From: Paramecium tetraurelia
Lineage: Eukaryota
Reading direction: 5' to 3'
Assembly (NCBI GenBank): GCA_000165425.1
Contig: CT868031.1
Coordinates: forward strand, 232,201 to 252,200
DNA length: 20,000 nucleotides
This document shows, piece by piece, positions 12,805 to 20,000 of the stretch. The notes beneath the pieces were generated by a model. That model was not told the origin of the DNA. It made no database searches and worked only from the letters and a program-made list of their open reading frames with translations. The position numbers and the translations under genes are program-made. Position 1 is the first letter of the stretch; the number at the start of each line of letters is the position of its first letter.

Positions 12805-12884
12805 TTTTAAATTAATTAAATAACAGCCAGATTATGTATTAAAATTAAAAATTGAATTCTTTGATGATAATTTAATATTTATTT

Positions 12885-13561
12885 TCAAATTACTTTGGGT
12901 GTATGTGACCCTTTAGCACAAGTTGGTATCTTCATGAATTCATCCCAATCATATTTTTCAACCTTCATAAAATGATCAAAGTACTTTGCAACATGTCCAA
13001 AATTTCTTAAGATCATGGAAACAAGGTTCTCCTGGATGATAAAAGCATTCAGTATTTTCTTTGGGATCATACTCTTTCAAACATCCTTTGTTGGTGCATT
13101 TATATTTGCCTGTAGGAGTTACAAATATTTACTTTTACACTTAAGCTAATTAAGCATAGTTGAATATACAAACCTTATTATTATTCTAACAACTTCTTCT
13201 TTTCAGCTTCTTCTCTATTATAGTCATCTATTTTTCGAACTGGTTGTGGAGCACTATCAGCAAAGTTATCAATTCCTAATATTCTAGAAATTACAATAAT
13301 ACCTTTTTATGCATTTTATACAGTCTTTGACTAATAAAATTCACCACCTTCAGTGTCTTCTACATTTGTATGTTTGCCTACTGCGCATGGCTCTATTTTC
13401 ATAAATTCATCCCAATCATAGACTATTTTATTACAACATGTCCATCCTTTTTTGAGATCTGAAAAAATGGGTTTTCCAGGATGATGTTTGCATGCTTGAT
13501 CATTATTTTCATTTTGATTGTAAGCCTTCTTACAACCATTTCTTTTGCATTTAGTTTCCAT
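12885..13561 (-). CDS. CHORD-CHORD zinc-binding Hsp90 co-chaperone (RAR1/CHORDC1 family, no CS domain; 199 aa)
   Basis: Introns 13276-13302, 13146-13173, 12963-12984. CHORD-I: CKRNGC..CKHHPGKPIFSDLKKGWTCC..DWDEFMKIEPCAVGKH. CHORD-II: CTNKGC..CFYHPGEPCFHDLKKFWTCC..DWDEFMKIPTCAKGSH. Stop follows shortly after. Confidence 0.93.
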
Positions 13562-13606
13562 TAATTAATAATTAAAAATAGTTAAGTATTCATTAAATAA
13601 TTATTT
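13562..13606. promoter_or_regulatory. 45-bp divergent (putative bidirectional) promoter/5'UTR spacer
   Basis: Start codons of the CHORD gene (13561, minus) and the PABP-like gene (13607, plus) are separated by only 45 almost purely A/T bases. Confidence 0.65.
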
Positions 13607-15208
13607 ATGATTTAATCGATTCCTCATGATAGGTCAGTGTATGTCACTCAGTATAAGGCTGAAACAACTCTTGAATAATTGACATAGGCATTCTCTGAGT
13701 TCGGAAAGATTGAATAATTATAATAAAATGCCAAGTCAAATGGAGTATTCATAGTATTTGATTCTCATGATGCAGGTACACATTAGTTTAATCAAATAGT
13801 GAAAAGAGCAACATCCAAGACTGTCACTATAGGAGGCAAGAACCTGGATGTGAATGAGTACTTGGATATGGACAAATTGGATGAAGAAGCTAATATATTC
13901 ATAGATGGATTAAGTCCGACAACTACCCAATTGCAATTAAAAGACAAATTATAAAAATATGGAAAGATCTTGAATATCAAAGTGTAAATGTCAGATAAAG
14001 CTGGTGTAGCCTACATCTAATTTGAAGAAAGGAAGTCAGCTGAAAAGTGCTTGGCAGACTAGGCAAATTTGGGATTGCATATCACTAGGTAAATTAATAA
14101 AATAACAGCTTAGAGCCATCAAGAAGGGTAAGCAATAACAAATCAAGAGAGATTAGTTATTCATCTCTAATATTAAATCTTAATCACCCTTGGATCAAAT
14201 CAAAACATCATTGGATAACTATTTCTCTGAATTTGGAAAAGTCGAATTGGTTTAAGTCAATGTCAATCCCAAAAACTAAACCTACTTTGCATTTGTTAGA
14301 TTTGAAAATTCAGATGATGCTTATAAAGCTGTCAAAGCCACAAAACCTTTTCAAAATCAAATTATCAATATCTAATGGGCTGTCAATTCAAATGACAACA
14401 TTGAAGCCAATCTATACACCAAAAATCTTAAACCCACTGTAACTGAACAATAACTAAGAGAAGCATACGAATCCATTATTACAATAGATGATCTTCAATT
14501 ATTACCACCAAACAAATCTAATAAATTATCAGCTTATATTTATTTGAAATCTGCTGAAGATGGCAAAAAAGTCATTGATTTGGCTTTCAAAACCAAAAAA
14601 ATATTTGATTTGTATGAAAAATTAACTGTTCAAATCTCCCCTATGTTGAGTCCAGCAGATATCATCCAATTCAAAAAAATCCAATCAAAACCTACATATT
14701 AACCTTATCCAAATGCCATGCCCTTCCCTCCCTATTAACAAATCTAAGGATTCCCAAACTAACCTAATCCTCCTTATGGTGCCTATCAATATCCTGGTAA
14801 CTATCCTCCACAACAACCACCCTATCAACAAGGTGGCTACTATTAATAATAAGGAAATAATTATAATCAACACAGACAAAAGAAAAATCAATATCCAAAT
14901 CAATATCAAAACTAACAAAGACAATAACCTAGGTTACCAGATTTATAATTCTTATAGAAATTGCTAGCTGAAGGAAATTAGAAAAGAGTTACTGATACTA
15001 TTGGAGTCCTCTTGTTCCCTCTAGTTAATTAATAAGTTGAATAAAAATTGGTAATAATCTAAATATTATTTAGGCACCTTAAGTGACAGGAATATTATTA
15101 GATTTTGAAAATTATGGGTTGGAAGACTAATTAAAAATGCTTTAGAATGCACCTTATTTGACCGAGCAAATCAATTAGGCTGTAGATCTAATAAGAAAAT
15201 CTTATTGA
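13607..15208 (+). CDS. Divergent polyadenylate-binding-protein-like protein: 4 RRM + P/Q/Y-rich linker + MLLE (PABC) domain (~509 aa)
   Basis: ATG 13607, TGA 15206-15208. Introns 13776-13799, 14089-14113, 15051-15073. RNP2/RNP1 pairs SVYVTQ/GVFIVF, NIFIDGL/GVAYIQF, LFISNI/YFAFVRF, NLYTKNL/SAYIYL. C-terminal IGVLLFPLV...LAPQVTGILLD...QINQAVDLI matches MLLE. Confidence 0.85.
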
Positions 15209-15339
15209 GTATAACAATTAAAATAATACATATAAATATTATTATAAACCAACATTATTTACTTTTCATTTCATTTCCACAACATATTATCTTTTTACAA
15301 TCACAAAGATTATGGATTAAGAATTAAAAGATTGAAAAA

Positions 15340-16130
15340 AAAGATAGAGTTACGTTCTATAAATAAGCCAAAAATAGGTTTTGATAATGAAGATGGCAAT
15401 GTTCATGAGTAACATTTTACATTAGAAAAGACAAAGAAATATTAAATCACAACAAAGACTAAACTTTATTTGATTTTATATTGTCTAATTTAAAAAAAAC
15501 TGATTTACCTTTTGACTTAACGATCTGACTAAATAACTTCGAATCTTTTTTTTTTGTCAATTTAAAATATTTAGGAAATACAATCGAAAATAAATAAATA
15601 AAAGTAGATTCAAAAATGAGATAAATAGTCATTATCTTATAAGGCTTAAAGCTTTCGAAACTTAGAGATCCAAAGATAATTCTATTATTTTCTAATTCTG
15701 CAGATAGAACAGAATATTTTTCCTGCAATTGAACGTATTCTTTACCCAATTTTATAAATCTTTATTCCAAGTTATTTCATTTGTATTACTTTGGATACTA
15801 TTTGTAGGATTTTCTTTCCTCTATTTGCTAAATGTGTGATTTCATCATAGATATTTCTTAATCTTTGGAAAAAATAATATTCTAGTAATGAGTCTCTCTT
15901 TGTTTATAAAGCTCTATGTATATTCGAAATTCCTCTTTCTTTTTCAAAGCATTACTATTGCCAATTCCAGAAGGAGAAGCAAGCACCAATCTTTTAGGAG
16001 TATAATTAATAACTAAATTAAAACGACATGCTTAAATAGTATTATTAAGTTGTTAAAACATTAAAATAAAAATCAAATATAGTAAATTAAATTCAAAATA
16101 TTAAAAAGTTCACCATGTAATCAATTCTTT
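15340..16130 (-). pseudogene. Possible decayed gene remnant (weak alpha/beta-hydrolase-like fragment)
   Basis: Protein-like minus-strand pieces (TPKRLVLASPSGIG at ~15960-16001; LGKEYVQLQEKYSVLSAELENN at ~15685-15749) are separated by TGA stops and frame breaks, and no spliced model could be built. Confidence 0.3.
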
Positions 16131-16408
16131 TTTATGTTCCTTGATTTTACAATTTAAATAAAATACTTTAAAATGATTATTCATTTTAATATTTTTCTTG
16201 GTATTGGCTAAGTGCAGTATAATTCTTGTTAAATTTGTAATTTACTTAAGTTCCAAAGGATTTTATTCAAATATTTTAAAGATCGTTAATAGATGGACAA
16301 ATCTAAGAAATTACAAAGAAAGATAATTAATTCTAGATTTGAATTTAATTAGTGAAATTGAATTATTTTTTATAATTATATTCTTTATATTTTGTATTTA
16401 TTTCAATA

Positions 16409-17283
16409 TCATAGATTTGCTGCAATACTGAGTTTATTACAAGTATCTTCTAACAAACTTAGTAAATGCTCTTCGGATTATTCTCTATTAATTAAGTGAT
16501 TAATTATACCTTGTTTTCTTTTCTTGATCCAATTCTACTTTGACTCTATTGACGATATCTTTAAGCATCTCAAATATGGATTATTCACTTTCATCTCTAT
16601 TTCTCTTTTCAACATTGATAAGATTACTCAATTTAACAAGTTCGTCAGTAATGGATTTCATAACCTAAATGTTAGTATGTACTTACATTCTGATCAGACT
16701 CATCTCTTTCATTGGCTTCATTTCTGATGGCCTCCTAGATTTTGGGTAAATCATTTTATAATCCTTAATGTATTCCTTCAATAGCATCTACTCTTGCTGC
16801 AGTTTCCTTTTGAACTTCAGTTCTCAATAATGCTGTTTTATCTTCCAGTAATCTCAATACTTTAGTTTCTCCTTCTTTTCTTGTTTATGTTTCATTTTGA
16901 ATAGCATTTTCAAATTTCTTTTCTAATGCTTGAACTTCTCTGTTTTTAGTTTCATTAGCTTATTCCTTAGCCAATTTATCTTCTTCTACTTGTTTTTGTA
17001 ATTTGCCTAACTACACAATAATAGGTATGTAAATTACTTAGTCTCTCAATCCATTCAATTTAGTAAATATCTATTCTTAGAATTCATTGAAAGCATCTTC
17101 AGCCTATTAAATTCTTTATTCAGCTTATTCAAGTTTTTAGAATCTCTCATTTTCTACTCCAATTTAGATTGTGGATAATTTCTCTGAGATCTTTTGAATT
17201 CTTCCACTTGATGGTGATGCTTGGGGATCTAAAAAAGGTTAATTCAATTAAATACATGAGACTTAGGATCTTGAATTGTACAT
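16409..17283 (-). CDS. SFA: SF-assemblin/beta-giardin family striated rootlet (kinetodesmal fibre) protein (257 aa)
   Basis: ATG 17283, TGA 16409-16411. Introns 17229-17255, 17011-17037, 16665-16686, 16485-16509. Short Pro/Ser head (YPQASPSSGRI), then a rod with recurring E-x-x-x-R units (ETQTRKEGE, ETAARVDA, EANERDESD, EKRNRDESE, EKKTREQSE) ending LLEDTCNKL. Confidence 0.9.
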
Positions 17284-17366
17284 TATAATTAATAATAATA
17301 ATAAAATTTATTTATGAATTAATTTCAAAGACTTTAGGTTTTGAATTATTTTTAATAAATAAAAAA

Positions 17367-18717
17367 TCATTTAATACAATCTGATTTATTTGTAAAAGAT
17401 GTAAGCAGTTGAGATCTCTTGAAAATAATAGATGCTTTAGTAGAATCTTTATCTCTTGATCTTGAAGTGAATATAGGATTACACTCTGACTCCTGTCTTT
17501 CTGTTTTGCGAAAATGTTCTGATTGTGCAGTTTAAGTTTTTGATTTGATTTTCTTTAGACACAATTATTTCAAATTTGATTTATTCTTTTAAATTATTGT
17601 ATAATATTTACTTCGATTAATCTATTAATGTTTTAAGTATTGATTTCTTGAACATTAGATTGAGGTTGTATCATCCTGTTTGCGAATTTTTCGAGTTATT
17701 GATCTAGATATTCTTCATTTTCAGTTTTGTTCTTTTTATGAAAGGAGATTGAAGATTATGATTATAATTTGAGGATAGTAGGAGTGTAGTTATCGAATTA
17801 TTTAGACATGTGATAAGATTTATCTTTTAATTGAAATTTCATCTTCAATGTATCTGTAACGTTTCTGTTGGTTTAGCCTAAAAGCTTGCATGATCGCTTC
17901 AATATTTTATTTTTGTCCATAGGAGTTGAATCTTCATCATTGGTTGTTTTGTTGTATAACTTTTCAGGTAATTTCTCTTTGATTCTAAATTATGAGGCTT
18001 TTAATTGATTAAATGCCCTGAATCTATCTAATAATGTATGTTGACGTTTATCGGCCTAATTGAGTTCATGCAGCAATTCAACAAATTTCACTCCATGTTT
18101 CTTAAAATATTGCAACGGTTTATTTCTTTAACTTTGTAACTATTCCTTTGTTTTTTATACTCTTTCTTTAAAATCTGGATCCTAAACATTCAATCTATAT
18201 TTCTGATTTAGTTCTTTATAGAATTTATCCAAATTCTTCATCTGATACTTAAAATCATTGGTGAGCATCTTCTCATTATTTTCCAATTACTATTGTATCT
18301 CCTCATTCTCTTCATCCAAATTCAACTGTTTTTAATCTGCAATCGTATCCTTATTCTAATAAAACACCTCGCATCCTACATTCTGCCATCCATTGATGCA
18401 TTTCTAATTATTATTTGATCAATACTTCTCTCTTCTAAACTGGAACAAGAATTCTGCAAGTGGCAGGCCCATCTTACTCAATTGTTGTATCCCATTTGCA
18501 CACACGTCTCTTGGCAAATTGCATTGCAACACCCTTTTCACACTTTGATATCCTTCACATTTATTACATGATTAAGCAGATACAAATATGTTGCTGCCTT
18601 AGTTGGAGATAGATATATTTCCTTCTATTGAATACCACCTAGTTTTTAACATTCTCTGAAATATGGTGTCTAATATTATTTAATTAATCTATTTAATACC
18701 TCTTCTCTTTGTGACAT
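17367..18717 (-). CDS. Uncharacterised protein (~423 aa) with a compact Cys/Trp/Gly-containing N-terminal domain and charged C-terminal region
   Basis: ATG 18717, TGA 17367-17369. Introns 18553-18583, 18404-18425 and 17586-17611 give one open frame: MSQREEVLNRLIKQYQTPYFRECQKLGG..KAATYLISKCEKGVAMQFAKRRVCKWDTTIEQDGPATCRILVPVQKREKCINGWQNVGCEVFY... Confidence 0.75.
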
Positions 18718-18827
18718 ATAATAAATTAATTAAAATCATCTTTTAATTATCTAAAATGTCTTATTTACATTTGAGTTTGCTTATTTAATCATTCACTAAC
18801 ACATTATTTAAATAATATAATTTCAAA

Positions 18828-20000
18828 ATGAAATACATTAAAATGACAGATATATTTGGTGTCTAATATAGATAATAGATCTCTTTGGATGAAAAAGTCT
18901 AGAAGTCTGCCTTAAGTGGAATATGTTCATTAATTGTACTAGGTGCCAGTTTCGGATACTTCCTATATATAATGAATCTATGGTGGAGTTCCAAAATCCT
19001 ACCAAATTCAACTAGTATAATGAAAGTTGAGAACTACTCTTAAATTTTATATAATGAAGATGACCTATTCGAATTCAGTTATTGGAAGTATACTAATGGG
19101 TAAATTGACCCATTTAGGTTGTAGCGTAACATATTAACACCTATTGGAATCTATTTTATTAATGGTATTCCACAGAAGCCTTTTTCTCTTTTAGATGAAA
19201 AACCTACAATCTCACCTTATAATACTAGTCTCTAAAGAGTTGATAACCTATCATTAATTCAAAATAGTGGTTATGATACTACCTTGAATTAGACTACCGA
19301 ATTGATGATCCTAATTACTGCATGTAATTCCACTCTATTAAAAAGCTAATATGAATGTGCATCTGATTCTGAAATTTAAGACTTCTTTGAATAATCTGTA
19401 AATTATATCAGTTTCTGGTTGAATTTAAAGTAGTACGATCCCCATTCATAAAAGTTCTAGGTGGTGAAGAAACAGTATTATTTAACCCTTGACTCTCAAA
19501 TATCTCATTAGGGTTAATTGATTTTGACTTAAACATAAGCAACTATAGATACTGGCATTTTATTTGGTAATTATGAATAAAAAAGCTACATCTACAATGC
19601 GTAATTGATAACAAGTGCAACAAATATACATTTTTTTTCGACATTATTAGTAGAGAGTGCATATCTAAGCTTGCTAATAAGACTTGATCCCATATCTAAC
19701 GATACATAAATAGTGTATCCTAAACTAGGAGCAATACTTGCTTAAGTGGGATCAATAATGAGCATATTAATGACTATACAGTATGTTCTGCGTTATTACA
19801 ATGAACAATTACTGGATTCTGATTTCATCGATAAGGTTTTGGGGTTCTACTTTTAGGATTATTCTGAAGTAAAACAATCAAAAGATTAAGCAGACTCTAA
19901 AATATGTAAAGATTTGATAGAAAAAGCTAAAAAGAAACTAGTTTAAATAACGCATCTATGAATTGTCGAGGATTTAGTTATTCTTGTTGTATCATTATGG
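18828..20000 (+). CDS. Second intronless two-TM family paralogue; frameshifted at ~19944-19957 (as-read stop 19959-19961), homology continues past the window edge
   Basis: ATG 18828: MKYIKMTDIFG...KSALSGICSLIVLGASFGYFLYIM...IDPFR...IDTGILFG...RLDPIS..YPKLGAILAQVGSIMSILMTIQYVL, colinear with the 9313-10692 protein. After KKLV the matching YELSRIQLFLL lies in a different frame. Confidence 0.85.

Noticed and set aside
13792..14967. Four short track ORFs inside the PABP-like gene
   Set aside because: Antisense or alternative-frame shadows; the code-6 RRM/MLLE frame explains the region.
17800..17920. Second protein-like frame (QNIEAIMQAFRLNQQKRYRYIEDE) inside the 17367-18717 gene, suggesting another compensating indel pair
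   Set aside because: The main frame is open throughout, and overlapping open frames of this length are common when TGA is the only stop.
18768..18770. Upstream ATG as start of the 17367-18717 gene
   Set aside because: It is out of frame with the spliced model; ATG 18717 gives a continuous frame.
19944..19958. TA-bounded 13-nt segment as a retained IES explaining the frameshift
   Set aside because: Below the ~26-bp Paramecium IES minimum, no TAYAG-like ends, and removal would delete residues present in the paralogue.
1..20000. CRISPR arrays, transposons, telomeric repeats, tRNA/rRNA genes
   Set aside because: No spaced direct repeats, transposase or RT motifs, C4A2/C3A3 tracts or structured GC-rich RNA signatures were seen by eye. 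Small ncRNAs in spacers cannot be excluded without a covariance-model search.

Overview
Eukaryotic, very AT-rich, gene-dense ciliate DNA, most consistent with a Paramecium macronuclear scaffold. TAA/TAG must be read as Gln (genetic code 6), every gene ends at TGA, and genes carry tiny 22-31 nt GT..AG introns. The supplied standard-code ORF track is therefore mostly fragments or antisense shadows. Manual translation gives 11 genes: an alpha/beta-hydrolase (partial), a tandem two-domain (pseudo)kinase with polyQ, a casein kinase 1, a three-repeat Myb/polyQ gene broken by four single-base indels, two diverged intronless paralogues of a two-TM membrane protein family (the second frameshifted at its 3' end), a coiled-coil protein, a CHORD-CHORD (RAR1-like) protein, a divergent PABP-like 4xRRM+MLLE protein, an SF-assemblin and an uncharacterised protein. 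Two long spacers look like decayed genes. No RNA genes, transposons, retained IESs or CRISPR arrays were seen. All translations and counts were done by hand.
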